A DNA stretch of 63,994 bases, filler included, from Octopus bimaculoides (GCF_001194135.2; 5 parts of 5 records of this genome joined end to end with filler, not necessarily neighbours in it); one strand, 5' to 3'. Shown: positions 38,441-52,272, counted from the first letter of the whole stretch. Notes: a model not told the origin generated them from the sequence alone. Numbers and translations: made by a program.

Positions 38441-38716
38441 AATATTTTCCCCCATAAATATTTTTATATGCTATTAAAAAGAAAATTTGAGAAATTGTGA
38501 ATTATTTTTTGCTACCCTTGATTGTTTCTGTTTAGAAATTAAAATATTGGAGAGCCTAGAAGGTCATTGCTGACATTTATCCACAGTGATTTTAAATAAT
38601 TACGGAGATGTACTCGCATAGCAAGCGACTTGATCTGAGATAGTGTGCTGAAACAAAAACAATTGCAGCACAGATGTTTGTAAGCCATTCAAGAACACAC
38701 AGAAACCGTTAGTTTC

Positions 38717-38941
38717 CTGGCATTACTTAAATACAGAGGTCCCGATGCATCTACGTAACGATATGAAGGGGAGGGTTAGTTTTAGGGTTAGTTTTTAGGG
38801 TAAAGGTTAGGGCTAGATTTAGGGTTAGTTAGGATTAAGGTGTCATTACACGTCCACATAGCGTACATTTAAAATGTTTTGTACGTAACACCTGTATTTA
38901 AGTAGTACTGTTAAGGGACCTCTGTGTTTAAGTAATACGAG
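38717..38941. mobile_element. MITE-like element with internal degenerate TTAGGG repeats
   Basis: TIRs ATTACTTAAATACAGAGGTCCC / GGGACCTCTGTGTTTAAGTAAT; flanking (AG)TTTC duplication; GGGTTAG/TTAGGG units at ~38770-38840. Confidence 0.7.
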
Positions 38942-40098
38942 TTTCACTTCAACATTAAAATTTCATTTATGTCAAAATATTTTCTTCGCTTAGACAAAAC
39001 TTCGCAAAAGTAATGCAGCACGAAGTTTTGTCAGTGAACAACAAACTCACACACGCACACGCATGCGCATACACATTCATTGCCTTTTATTTGTGTGTAT
39101 GTATATTTATGTGTGTGCGCGAGTGTGTCACTGTTGAAGTCGCTCGTGCAACTTGTTCGTATATATATATTGGTTTAGTGGTACAGGTTGTTTGGAAACT
39201 GTGAATAAGGTGCAAGTTTCGAGTACTTGTCGGTAATCTTCTTTCTCCTCGTCTTCTAATAGTAAGTACCCAACTTTTTAGGCACTTCTCGGAGCTATCA
39301 CGCGTTCAAAAATTATACGAGTATTTTAAAAATAGAATAGAATAATAAATAATATATTACGTATAAATTAATAGAATAAACTTTCGGTTTTCCAAATAGC
39401 AAATGAAAACTTNNNNNNNNNNNNNNNNNNNNNNNNNNNNNNNNNNNNNNNNNNNNNNNNNNNNNNNNNNNNNNNNNNNNNNNNNNNNNNNNNNNNNNNN
39501 NNNNNNNNNNNNNNNNNNNNNNNNNNNNNNNNNNNNNNNNNNNNNNNNNNNNNNNNNNNNNNNNNNNNNNNNNNNNNNNNNNNNNNNNNNNNNNNNNNNN
39601 NNNNNNNNNNNNNNNNNNNNNNNNNNNNNNNNNNNNNNNNNNNNNNNNNNNNNNNNNNNNNNNNNNNNNNNNNNNNNNNNNNNNNNNNNNNNNNNNNNNN
39701 NNNNNNNNNNNNNNNNNNNNNNNNNNNNNNNNNNNNNNNNNNNNNNNNNNNNNNNNNNNNNNNNNNNNNNNNNNNNNNNNNNNNNNNNNNNNNNNNNNNN
39801 NNNNNNNNNNNNNNNNNNNNNNNNNNNNNNNNNNNNNNNNNNNNNNNNNNNNNNNNNNNNNNNNNNNNNNNNNNNNNNNNNNNNNNNNNNNNNNNNNNNN
39901 NNNNNNNNNNNNNNNNNNNNNNNNNNNNNNNNNNNNNNNNNNNNNNNNNNNNNNNNNNNNNNNNNNNNNNNNNNNNNNNNNNNNNNNNNNNNNNNNNNNN
40001 NNNNNNNNNNNNNNNGTTTAAGTGTGTGTGTGTGTGTGTGTGTGTGTGTCTGTGTGTGTTTAAGTGTGTGTGTGTGTGCATACATGTATATATGTATG

Positions 40099-41752
40099 TC
40101 ATTATTTAGTTTTATTTCAAGATTTCTTGCCAATAGAGAAAGAACCGGTTTCTAACATAGATACAAGACTCCTTCATGGGAATTTCAACATCAGCAACAG
40201 GGTATGTTTGTTTGTATGTATGTATGTATGTATGTATGTATGTATGTATGCAGATTTATATGTTTTGTTTTATGTGCATATTTTCACATGTATAGTTACA
40301 TATCTACACATGCTCATATATACTTAAATGATAAACTTCTGGAAAGTTTTACAGATTTTAACAGTTCCAGTGATGGATTGGATCTGTAGTCTTCGAATCA
40401 GCTTTCTCCTTTCTGGTTTTGAGAAGCTTAATTTCTCACGATTGGTATTTAGGCAGTGTGTTATATATCCCAGTGCCCCAATAATTACAGATATAAACCT
40501 GAACTTGTAATTTGGATAGAGTAACTGCAGATTTCTCAATAGTTCAGCGTAAGTATTTTCTTTTTCGCTGATTTTCAGCTTTATGTTAACGTCCGCTGGG
40601 CATCTGATTTCCACAGCTGTACACAGTTTCTCCTCTCTATCTCAAACCATTATGCTAAGTCTATTATGTTTACATTTTAGAAAGGTATTCACTGGGACAT
40701 TCCACCAATACTCCTTTTTATTATGAGTGGCTATGGCTTCTACCATACTGTGGGTTCTTATTTCTTTGTCTTCGAGGTTATCCCTCCCACGGATCTCGTT
40801 ATACAGTGTCCTAGCTACAACATCATATCTCATCGGTTGATATACCGTGATGACATTTTCGGACAACTGTTTATGATGTGTGTGATATCTTTGGTGTTAA
40901 CTCCACAAATTCTGCATCGGTTGACACATTTTACTGCATTTCCTGTATATCTGTCTCTTTTGTGTATTAGGTATTTGGTTGATATTTCTTATTCCTGGAT
41001 TGCAAACACATACCCTTCAAAGTGAGAAGTTGTAATCCGGTTGTTCGTCCATGATAGACTGCTTTGATAATTAATGTTACTTTCATCCCGGAGCCTTCTA
41101 CTAGCATATCCATGCAGAGTCTTCTGCTCACACAGGTTCATCTCTCATCTGATGATACGTTGACGTAGAGTCATGCGACTTCTTGGGCATGTACTTAAGG
41201 TTATTAGACAAGGAATGCTGATCAAGGAGCTGCCTCCAAGTTTTACGATGTTACCAGCCTCATGTATGCAAACTTGGTCAAGAGATGCACTTCAACGCTA
41301 TGTGGTTAAAAGATGTTGCTGAAGGGATATGGTAAGCCTGCCGCCTTGTTTTTGTTTTAGGTAGAGGCAGTCTATGTCACTATTGATGTGGAAATTATGT
41401 GTGCTGGTTAGTATCTTCCGGATTTTCACAACAATGGCTCGGATCTCATCAAGTGTCCAATCCAGCAGTCCAAAAGTTGGTATGAGTACTGGCAAAGCAA
41501 ACACATTGTGAGCCACTGTTTTATTGAATTCAGAGAGTTCTGAGGTCCAAATTTTCTTTATTCGGCTGTGATATTCTTTAGCAACACGTGTTTTGCTACA
41601 GGTGCCACTGTAAGATATGTTTTCATCCACCCCTAGGTGCCTGTAACATACCTTGTCAGATACAGGGGGAAACAGTCAAATCATTGATGAAGATGTTGCT
41701 AGTCTGGTTTACAATTTTCCCTCTTTTCACAAACATATACCAACATTTGTCA
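40099..41752 (-). mobile_element. R4/Dong-clade non-LTR retrotransposon, 5'-truncated and decayed (post-RT region, CCHC knuckle, REL endonuclease, 3' UTR)
   Basis: KEYHSRIKKIWTSELSEFNK..HNVFALPVL..FGLLDWT...SDIDCLY....GGR; CRICGVNTKDITHIINSC; EIRCPADVNIKLKISEKENTYAEL...IIGALG. Confidence 0.85.
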
Positions 41753-42821
41753 TGTATGTATGTATGTATGTATGTATGTACATGTGTAAGTATGTATGTG
41801 TGTATATGCGTATGTTATGTATGTATGTGTGTATGCATGTATGCATATATGTATGTATATATATGTATGTATGTATGCGTATATGTATGTATGTATGCAT
41901 GTATATACATTCACCCTTACCACTATGGAAAAGGAAAAATACACCATATAAAACACTTGGGCAGAGAAAATTTGTGATTTGGTTAATTCCTTTTCCGCTC
42001 GTTTGTACTCAGGTGATGNNNNNNNNNNNNNNNNNNNNNNNNNNNNNNNNNNNNNNNNNNNNNNNNNNNNNNNNNNNNNNNNNNNNNNNNNNNNNNNNNN
42101 NNNNNNNNNNNNNNNNNNNNNNNNNNNNNNNNNNNNNNNNNNNNNNNNNNNNNNNNNNNNNNNNNNNNNNNNNNNNNNNNNNNNNNNNNNNNNNNNNNNN
42201 NNNNNNNNNNNNNNNNNNNNNNNNNNNNNNNNNNNNNNNNNNNNNNNNNNNNNNNNNNNNNNNNNNNNNNNNNNNNNNNNNNNNNNNNNNNNNNNNNNNN
42301 NNNNNNNNNNNNNNNNNNNNNNNNNNNNNNNNNNNNNNNNNNNNNNNNNNNNNNNNNNNNNNNNNNNNNNNNNNNNNNNNNNNNNNNNNNNNNNNNNNNN
42401 NNNNNNNNNNNNNNNNNNNNNNNNNNNNNNNNNNNNNNNNNNNNNNNNNNNNNNNNNNNNNNNNNNNNNNNNNNNNNNNNNNNNNNNNNNNNNNNNNNNN
42501 NNNNNNNNNNNNNNNNNNNNATATATATATATATATATATACAACTTCATACCTTTACCGTCTTCGCTTAATGAGTATAGTTTTGATGCTTTCAGTGCTT
42601 CTAAGGCGCTCAACTGTCTCACTGTTTCAGTCTTCTTAGGGTAGCGCTACTCTATTGCTTTTAACACTCAAGTAACGCACTGAGTTTGATTATGTGATCG
42701 CTGTTCCTTAAGATCTGAAATATCTTTGTTGCAATGTGTAGGCATAAGCTAACTGATAGTGAGTGGCTTAAGATTTTCAGGGTTTGAATATTTTAATATT
42801 GAATGTTATTATATTCAGCCA

Positions 42822-42869
<48 letters not shown>

Positions 42870-43684
42870 NNNNNNNNNNNNNNNNNNNNNNNNNNNNNNN
42901 NNNNNNNNNNNNNNNNNNNNNNNNNNNNNNNNNNNNNNNNNNNNNNNNNNNNNNNNNNNNNNNNNNNNNNNNNNNNNNNNNNNNNNNNNNNNNNNNNNNN
43001 NNNNNNNNNNNNNNNNNNNNNNNNNNNNNNNNNNNNNNNNNNNNNNNNNNNNNNNNNNNNNNNNNNNNNNNNNNNNNNNNNNNNNNNNNNNNNNNNNNNN
43101 NNNNNNNNNNNNNNNNNNNNNNNNNNNNNNNNNNNNNNNNNNNNNNNNNNNNNNNNNNNNNNNNNNNNNNNNNNNNNNNNNNNNNNNNNNNNNNNNNNNN
43201 NNNNNNNNNNNNNNNNNNNNNNNNNNNNNNNNNNNNNNNNNNNNNNNNNNNNNNNNNNNNNNNNNNNNNNNNNNNNNNNNNNNNNNNNNNNNNNNNNNNN
43301 NNNNNNNNNNNNNNNNNNNNNNNNNNNNNNNNNNNNNNNNNNNNNNNNNNNNNNNNNNNNNNNNNNNNNNNNNNNNNNNNNNNNNNNNNNNNNNNNNNNN
43401 NNNNNNNNNNNNNNNNNNNNNNNNNNNNNNNNNNNNNNNNNNNNNNNNNNNNNNNNNNNNNNNNNNNNNNNNNNNNNNNNNNNNNNNNNNNNNNNNNNNN
43501 NNNNNNNNNNNNNNNNNNNNNNNNNNNNNNNNNNNNNNNNNNNNNNNNNNNNNNNNNNNNNNNNNNNNNNNNNNNNNNNNNNNNNNNNNNNNNNNNNNNN
43601 NNNNNNNNNNNNNNNNNNNNNNNNNNNNNNNNNNNNNNNNNNNNNNNNNNNNNNNNNNNNNNNNNNNNNNNNNNNNNNNNNNNN

Positions 43685-43962
43685 CAGACACGTGTACCCT
43701 TAACGTAGTTCTCAGGGATATTCAGCGTGAAACAGTGTGACAAGGCTGACCCTTTGAATTACAGGCACAACAGAAACAGGAAGTAAGAGTGAGAGAAAGT
43801 TGTGGTGAAAGAGTACAGCAGGGTTCACCACCATCCCCTGCCGGAGCCTCATGGAGCTTTAGGTGTTTTCGCTCAATAAACACTCACAACGCCCGGTCTG
43901 GGAATCAAAACTGCGATCCTATGATCGTGAGTTCGCTGCCCTAACCACTGGGCCATTGCGCC
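43685..43962 (-). mobile_element. tRNA-derived SINE (family C), near full length
   Basis: Minus strand begins GGCGCAATGGCCCAGTGGTTAGGGCAG (A-box) with a B-box-like TTTTGATTCCC. Confidence 0.85.
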
Positions 43963-44133
43963 TTCACATGTATATATGTCTCGCATATATACTTGGTAAA
44001 CTATAATCCAATGAAGTGAACCCAGGATTAACTCATCGGATGAGATACATTAAGAATGTTAAACTCAAATGTTCCGAGATTCTTTTTACTGCTGGCATAA
44101 CTTGAGCGGCCCACGCCTGGAAGGATTATCCCA

Positions 44134-44189
<56 letters not shown>

Positions 44190-44518
44190 GGATGGATGAA
44201 TGGATGGATAGATGGAGTTATTTTGCTGACTCCAAAGAAGCTGTAGATGTTGCACAGGCACTCGACTCTGACTGCACTGCTTCTTTCAGCATAAACTGTT
44301 ATAAGTTAATGAAAGTGATTACATAACTCATGTTCTTTTGTTACCCATGTATTTATACATGCAAACACACACACACATATACATATAGAGTGAGAGTGGC
44401 ATATGTATCTCTCTCACTCTCTCTCTCACTCTCTCTTTCACTCTCTCCCCTTCTCTTCCCTCTCTCTCTTTCGTTTTCATTATATATATATGTGTCAATA
44501 TATATCCATATATATACA

Positions 44519-44552
<34 letters not shown>

Positions 44553-45262
44553 NNNNNNNNNNNNNNNNNNNNNNNNNNNNNNNNNNNNNNNNNNNNNNNN
44601 NNNNNNNNNNNNNNNNNNNNNNNNNNNNNNNNNNNNNNNNNNNNNNNNNNNNNNNNNNNNNNNNNNNNNNNNNNNNNNNNNNNNNNNNNNNNNNNNNNNN
44701 NNNNNNNNNNNNNNNNNNNNNNNNNNNNNNNNNNNNNNNNNNNNNNNNNNNNNNNNNNNNNNNNNNNNNNNNNNNNNNNNNNNNNNNNNNNNNNNNNNNN
44801 NNNNNNNNNNNNNNNNNNNNNNNNNNNNNATATATATATATATATACATGGATGTATATATACGTATGTATGCATGTATATACACAAAGTTATATATATG
44901 TTAGACACACACACACACGCGCACATACATATATGTGTGTGTGTGTGTTTATTACATTTAAAAGCCTCGTTTTTTTCTCCTTTTCCCCGTTTTTCTTCCC
45001 ACAGAGTCTATATAAACACAAAACGTGTTTATATTTTACTCAATAACAGCAATAAAATATATAACGGTGTATATAAAGATTCTTACTTCTGAGAGAACGC
45101 AAAACACCGCCCAGTAGTTTGTACCGTATGCTGGGCGGTGTACGAGTTACTCCTCTCTTTTAAAAAGTGTGTGTATATATATATATATACATACATGCAT
45201 ACATACATACATACATACATCCATACATACATACATACACTTATATATAGATACACACATAC

Positions 45263-45353
<91 letters not shown>

Positions 45354-45580
45354 TACACACACACACACATATATACACACACGTAGATATACGTGTGACT
45401 GTGTATATGAATACATGTGTGTGTATGTATACACATGAATTTGTATATATATAGTGGAAGAGGGGGAAGAGAGATTGAGGGACAGAGAGAGAGCGAGAGA
45501 TAAATGGTAATTTTCTACTAATCATCTATTTCACACCCACTATTCTTGATAGATAAATATAAATATATAAATAAATAGAT

Positions 45581-45646
<66 letters not shown>

Positions 45647-45740
45647 CATACATACATACATACATACATACATACATACATACATACATACATAATATAA
45701 GCGAAGAGACAAGGTTGGATAAATATGGATAATACATTGA

Positions 45741-45779
<39 letters not shown>

Positions 45780-45784
45780 TCTTT

Positions 45785-45970
45785 AATTCTTCTACTTGTT
45801 TCAGTCATTTGACTGCAGTCATATTGGAGTACCGCGTTAAAGGATTTCAGTCAAAGAAATCGATCCCAGGACGTATTCTTTGTAAGCTTTGCGCTTGTTC
45901 TATTGGTATCTTTAGTCGAACCACTAAGTTACGGGACATAAACACTTCAGCATCGGTTGTCAAACGATGA
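45785..45970 (-). mobile_element. SINE (family B)
   Basis: CTACTTGTTTCAGTCATTTGACTGC...TTTAGTCGAACCACTAAGTTACGGGAC reverse of the family consensus. Confidence 0.8.
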
Positions 45971-46027
45971 CAGAGGGACAAACACAGGCACAAAACACAC
46001 ACACTCACACACACACACGCACGCACA

Positions 46028-46073
<46 letters not shown>

Positions 46074-46086
46074 AACACACACACAA

Positions 46087-46118
<32 letters not shown>

Positions 46119-46132
46119 ATATACATATATGA

Positions 46133-46400
46133 AGAGTAAGGAGCGAAGTGTTGCTCTGCGAGGGATGGGAGCGGCAGCAGAAAGAGTCTCTTGCTGGCTT
46201 TGGTGTAAGAGAGAAGAGTTAAGTTGGAAACCAGGAGAAGATGAGAAGCAGTGACTTGGTCATCGTTGCTGACCCACCAACAGGAGGGTGTTACGGTTCA
46301 GGGTCAAAACACACGATGAACGACGGATACCGTCTGGCAACATCAGTTCCTCCTGGCCAAAGCTCCATTCACTTTGGTGGATAGATAAAGCACCTGTTAT
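46133..46400 (+). mobile_element. HERO-type retrotransposon extreme 3' fragment
   Basis: ALRGMGAAAERVSCWLWCKREELSWKPG then stop and a 3' UTR-like tract; flanked by TA-rich microsatellite. Confidence 0.6.
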
Positions 46401-46402
46401 TA

Positions 46403-46433
<31 letters not shown>

Positions 46434-46435
<2 letters not shown>

Positions 46436-46592
46436 ACGAGTCTTTCAGTTTCTACCTACCAAATCCACTCACAAGGCTTTGTTCGAGCCGAAGCTATATT
46501 AGAAGAAACCTACCCCACCTGTTACACAGTGGGACTGAACCTGGAATCATGTGGTTGGGAAGCAAGCTTCTTACCACAGCCACGACTGCGCC
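46434..46592 (-). mobile_element. tRNA-derived SINE (family D)
   Basis: Reverse of GGCGCAG.CGTGGCTGTGGTAAGAAGCTTGCTTCCCAACCACATG. Confidence 0.8.
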
Positions 46593-47759
46593 TATATATA
46601 TACATAAATATCTATCTATCTCTCTCTATATATATATATANNNNNNNNNNNNNNNNNNNNNNNNNNNNNNNNNNNNNNNNNNNNNNNNNNNNNNNNNNNN
46701 NNNNNNNNNNNNNNNNNNNNNNNNNNNNNNNNNNNNNNNNNNNNNNNNNNNNNNNNNNNNNNNNNNNNNNNNNNNNNNNNNNNNNNNNNNNNNNNNNNNN
46801 NNNNNNNNNNNNNNNNNNNNNNNNNNNNNNNNNNNNNNNNNNNNNNNNNNNNNNNNNNNNNNNNNNNNNNNNNNNNNNNNNNNNNNNNNNNNNNNNNNNN
46901 NNNNNNNNNNNNNNNNNNNNNNNNNNNNNNNNNNNNNNNNNNNNNNNNNNNNNNNNNNNNNNNNNNNNNNNNNNNNNNNNNNNNNNNNNNNNNNNNNNNN
47001 NNNNNNNNNNNNNNNNNNNNNNNNNNNNNNNNNNNNNNNNNNNNNNNNNNNNNNNNNNNNNNNNNNNNNNNNNNNNNNNNNNNNNNNNNNNNNNNNNNNN
47101 NNNNNNNNNNNNNNNNNNNNNNNNNNNNNNNNNNNNNNNNNNNNNNNNNNNNNNNNNNNNNNNNNNNNNNNNNNNNNNNNNNNNNNNNTATATATATACA
47201 TAAATATCTATCTATCTCTCTCTATATATATATATAATACTTTGTCAGGTATCGGTCAATTTTAGCCCATGACATGACAAACTTAATAAGCAGCATCAGA
47301 AGAAAACTTTTAATCGTACATTACATGTTACAGTCATATTTTAGTCGCTGTAACCCATTCAAGAAAAGTGTTCTTGTATACACAGCTATATATGGCGGCA
47401 AGTGGCTTATTTGGAATATGTTGGGGGTATTCAACAGGGAACCGTTTGAATGTTATAGTTTCTACACTTTCCATTCTGTGTCTTTCTATGACGTTAAAGA
47501 ATGCAGGACTATTTGACGCTGAAACAGTTCAAAGGTGCGACGTGAGACTTGTACGAGACAGATGGTACGAGAACCAAACACACACACACAGACACACACA
47601 CATATTTATATATATGTGGAATAGTTATTCATATATCTATATATAATAGAATACTTATTCATATATATATATATGTATTTGTATGTGTGTTTACGTGTGT
47701 GTGTGTACGCATATATGTAAACAAGTATACGTATATATATATATATATCGTTTATTGCT

Positions 47760-47930
47760 TTACTTGTTTCAATCATTTGACTGTGGCCTTACCGGAGCAC
47801 TGCCTTCAGTCGAACAACTCGACTTATTTTTTGTAAGCCTAGTACTTATTCTATCAATCTCGTTTACCGAACCACTTTCAGGGACGTGAACATGCCAACA
47901 TCGGTTGTCAAGCGATGGGTGGGAGGAAAC
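47760..47930 (-). mobile_element. SINE (family B)
   Basis: TACTTGTTTCAATCATTTGACTG...GTAAGCCTAGTACTTATTCTATC...CATCGGTTGTCAAGCGATG. Confidence 0.8.
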
Positions 47931-48075
47931 AAACTCACACACACACACACAATATATATATATATAAATATATATNNNNNNNNNNNNNNNNNNNNNNNNN
48001 NNNNNNNNNNNNNNNNNNNNNNNNNNNNNNNNNNNNNNNNNNNNNNNNNNNNNNNNNNNNNNNNNNNNNNNNNNN

Positions 48076-48106
<31 letters not shown>

Positions 48107-48380
48107 CGCGCGTGTGTATGTGTATACATGTGAATACACATGTATGTATGTTTACTATAGGTACATGCATGTGTATAATATATGTGGTAATGCGCGTGCG
48201 CACAAACGCTATTTATATATATATGTATATATATGCACACATATATATCCATTATGTGTATATACTTGGATGTTGGTGTATGTTTTGTGTACATATATAT
48301 ATATATAAAATCATACATCTACACAATTATATCCATTTATATTTGTAAGTATATATGCGTGTGTGTTCCTATATATATAC

Positions 48381-48451
<71 letters not shown>

Positions 48452-49155
48452 CATATATTACGTATATACTTACACACATCCATACATAAACAGACAAGAC
48501 ACATGGCGCCTCCTGTCTGCGTGTGGTGACGAAATGTAGAGGGAGCCGTGATACTAATATATAAAACATATCTTGTATTAGTCTTTTGCCTGTTCATGTC
48601 TGTTCCTCTATTTACCAGTATATCTCTCTTTCTGTCTCTACATCTGTCCGTCTGTCAGTCTATCTGTTCGTCTGTTTTCTTTCCTCTCTATCTGTCAATA
48701 TATATACGTGTCTCTCTATCTGTTTGTCTTTCTATCTGTTTGTCTTTCTATCTTTCAATTTATCTGACTCTTTTACTATCTATATCTCTTTCTCTCCATC
48801 TGTACACACACACACACACACACACACACACTTTCTGTTTCTCTCTCCCTCTCATATAAATACATGTACAAATATATATATATATATATTATACATATGT
48901 ATATATATATNNNNNNNNNNNNNNNNNNNNNNNNNNNNNNNNNNNNNNNNNNNNNNNNNNNNNNNNNNNNNNNNNNNNNNNNNNNNNNNNNNNNNNNNNN
49001 NNNNNNNNNNNNNNNNNNNNNNNNNNNNNNNNNNNNNNNNNNNNNNNNNNNNNNNNNNNNNNNNNNNNNNNNNNNNNNNNNNNNNNNNNNNNNNNNNNNN
49101 NNNNNATGTATGTATATTATACATATATATATATACATATAGATAGATAGATAGA

Positions 49156-49187
<32 letters not shown>

Positions 49188-49370
49188 CGTATATAACATA
49201 TATATACGTATATCATTCTACCATTTTATATCTGATAGATAGCCGAATAGACGCATACGTATCCTCGCATATGTGTATATGCTTATATACATATACTTAT
49301 ATTCAAATATACATACAAACACTTGGAAATACTATGTACCTACATGCATATTTAAATAAATATATGCATA

Positions 49371-49403
<33 letters not shown>

Positions 49404-49489
49404 ATATGTATGTATATTTGTTTAAATATGCATTTGGTACATTGCATTTGAATATAAGTATATGTATATAAACATATACATATACATAC

Positions 49490-49544
<55 letters not shown>

Positions 49545-49710
49545 CCTTTGCACATTTGACTGCGGCCATGCTGGAGCACCGTCTTTAGTCGAACAAATCG
49601 ACCCCAGGACTTATTCTTTGTAAGCCTAGTACTTATTTTATCGGTTCTTTGGCCGAACCGATAGCCTTCGGATATATAAACACATCAACATCGGTTGTCA
49701 AGCGATGGCG
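49545..49710 (-). mobile_element. SINE (family B)
   Basis: ATTTGACTGCGGCCATGCTGGAGCACCG..TTTAGTCGAACAAATCGACCCCAGGAC. Confidence 0.85.
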
Positions 49711-49824
49711 CTGGATATAAACATAAACACAAAGACACATACATAGATAGATAAATAGATGAATGAATAAATACATGTATATACACACACTCTCACACAC
49801 ACACACACACACACACACTGGGGG

Positions 49825-49940
49825 TGGGGGGCTTTCAGTTTCCGTCTACTAAATCCACTCACCTTAAGTTGCCACGCAGTGAGTCTGAACCCAGAACCAT
49901 GTGGTTGGGAAGCAAGCAATTTACCACGCAGCTACGCCTA
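49825..49940 (-). mobile_element. tRNA-derived SINE (family D), internally deleted
   Basis: CTTTCAGTTTCCGTCTAC..AAATCCACTCA...GAACCATGTGGTTGGGAAGCAAGC. Confidence 0.75.
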
Positions 49941-50298
49941 TGACTGATACAAGTAAAAGAATAAAAGCAGAAGCTATATATATGCCTGAATGCGTACATA
50001 CATGGTTGTATGTATGTATGTATTTGTATATACAGGCAAATTCAAGAACAAAATGTAAAGCGGAAAATAGAACAGGATAACTACAAAAACCAGTTGTACG
50101 TACATATTAGATTGACGATTGGGTGAGAATTTTTGATAGAAAAATAAGAGTAAATATTTGACGCTTCGAAAATGACACTTCATCGGATAGAGGTATAATG
50201 TACAGACAAGAGGAAAAAGATTCAGGGGAAGTGTATCGTTACATGTCTAAATATATATGTCTCTATACAAACATAAATACATACATGCATACACATAT

Positions 50299-50333
<35 letters not shown>

Positions 50334-50359
50334 CATGTATATATATATATGTATGTATG

Positions 50360-50417
<58 letters not shown>

Positions 50418-50449
50418 AATATATATATGTATATATATATATATATATA

Positions 50450-50549
50450 NNNNNNNNNNNNNNNNNNNNNNNNNNNNNNNNNNNNNNNNNNNNTTAATTA
50501 ATTAANNNNNNNNNNNNNNNNNNNNNNNNNNNNNNNNNNNNNNNNNNNN
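50450..50549. other. Artificial scaffold spacer N44-TTAATTAATTAA-N44
   Basis: Same 100-bp structure. Confidence 0.95.
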
Positions 50550-51559
50550 AAAAAAAAGAATGACTTCACTGGTAGTTCTAATCAGTTTAATTTGATATTT
50601 TTTAATCTCTTAATAATATAAATTTTACACTTTAGTTTGTAGATCTAGTAAGTTCTTTGTTAACATGGGTGGAGAGTTTTTTAAAAATATTCCTTAACTT
50701 TCCCGGAGAACTTTCTCACATTCCTTGTGAAACTGATCTGAGGATTTGGGCCTTGTGATTCTATATATGGGATTTGGATGTGTTGTGGAGTGGGGTTGGG
50801 GTTTGTTAATCAGTGTGGGAGTGAATGAATGTTGATGAATAATAGCTGAAAGAAAGTAGTGAATGGTCAACACAAGATACTTGATTGGGGGTGGAGTTGG
50901 AAGGTGGTTGGATGTTAAAGGAGTGTTTTGTGAAACCATTTGAAGAGTTGACATTTGATGAGAAATCTAATGGCCAGATGTTTTTCCAAATACTTTCTAT
51001 GTTTTAGATGTGTGTCTGAGGTGGTGGTGTTATATGACTTATGTAAATGTAACAGTGATATTGCTGCTATCAATTAAACTAATCTTGGTGAAGGTCAGCT
51101 TGAAAAAATAGGTTATACTTTCTACAAGGGTAAACATGGAAGAAAATCGAGAAAATGAAACTAAATAATTTGATAGGTGGTTTATTTCAAAATCATCTAT
51201 GTCAAAGTGGCATTAAAGGTAGTTCTAAAGAAGGTGAGCTCAATTACTTAATAAGCTTCTCTGCTTTCATTATAACACACAATGAACATGATAAAGACAC
51301 TCCTAGATCAAAGAGTGTTAGTGCAATATAAGCAGTGTCATTCATTTTCATTATTCAGCAGAAATATGTCTGGCCATGGGAAAATATTACTCTGCTTGAA
51401 AAGAGGAGTGAGCTGGTGACAAGAAAACGTCTGACTATAGAAAATCTGTCTCAATAAACTTTGACCCATGCAAGCGTGGAAAAATGGATATTAAAGCGAT
51501 GATGATGATGAAGGTGATAGTGATCTTTAAAATGTTTGGATTTAGCTATAGCTACATTT

Positions 51560-52272
51560 CACAAAAAGAGCCTGGGAAAACAGAAAACTGGCTGCAAATA
51601 CCAAGACTGCTGTCTATAAGGCATGTATCCTTAGTATACTTTACAGCAGTAAGACGTAAAGTCTATACTCCAGGCAGGTGCAATGTTTCAATGTCTTCCA
51701 CCTTTGTAATTTGAGATGCATCTTGAATATCAAGTGGACTGATCACATCACCAACACTGAAGTCCTCAACTGTACCAAGATATCCAATATACTCACCCTG
51801 CTCGAGCAGCATTGTCTGCATTGGCTCGGTCATGTATATCACATGCCAGATGGGAGGATCCCAAATGACCTCCTGTATGGGAAATTGGCCACCAGTACAA
51901 GAGCATAAAGACAAACTCATCTTTGTTTTAAGGACGTCTGCAAGAGAGATATTAAATTGCTTGATCTGGACATCCTAAGAGGGGGGGGGGTCACAAATGA
52001 TTGTCCACGCTGGAGACAAATACTGCGAAAGGGAATAGAGTGAGGGAAGACAAACAGGAACTCGCTACCAAAGAAAAGTGCACTTGACAGAAGGAAAAGC
52101 CAGTTGCACTGACAGTGAGCTCCTTTAAATTCAGTCACTGTATGCGTGACTGACACTTCCATGTGGGCCTCTACAGCCACAACAAATACTGCCCCACCAT
52201 CAGCAGTTAACACAATTTCTTCAGACTAAGATTGGTGGTCTCTCAAGACTGATGGATGCCTACTACTACTAC
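51560..52272 (+). mobile_element. RTE-clade LINE 3' fragment
   Basis: FNVFHLCNLRCILNIKWTDHITNTEVL...LHWLGHVYHMPDGRIPNDLLYG; FKDVCKRDIK; ends GATGGATGCC(TAC)n tail. Confidence 0.88.

Noticed and set aside
50600-51050. Possible Penelope N-terminal remnant (IRFLIKCQ on the minus strand)
   Set aside because: A single short motif with no RT or GIY-YIG evidence.
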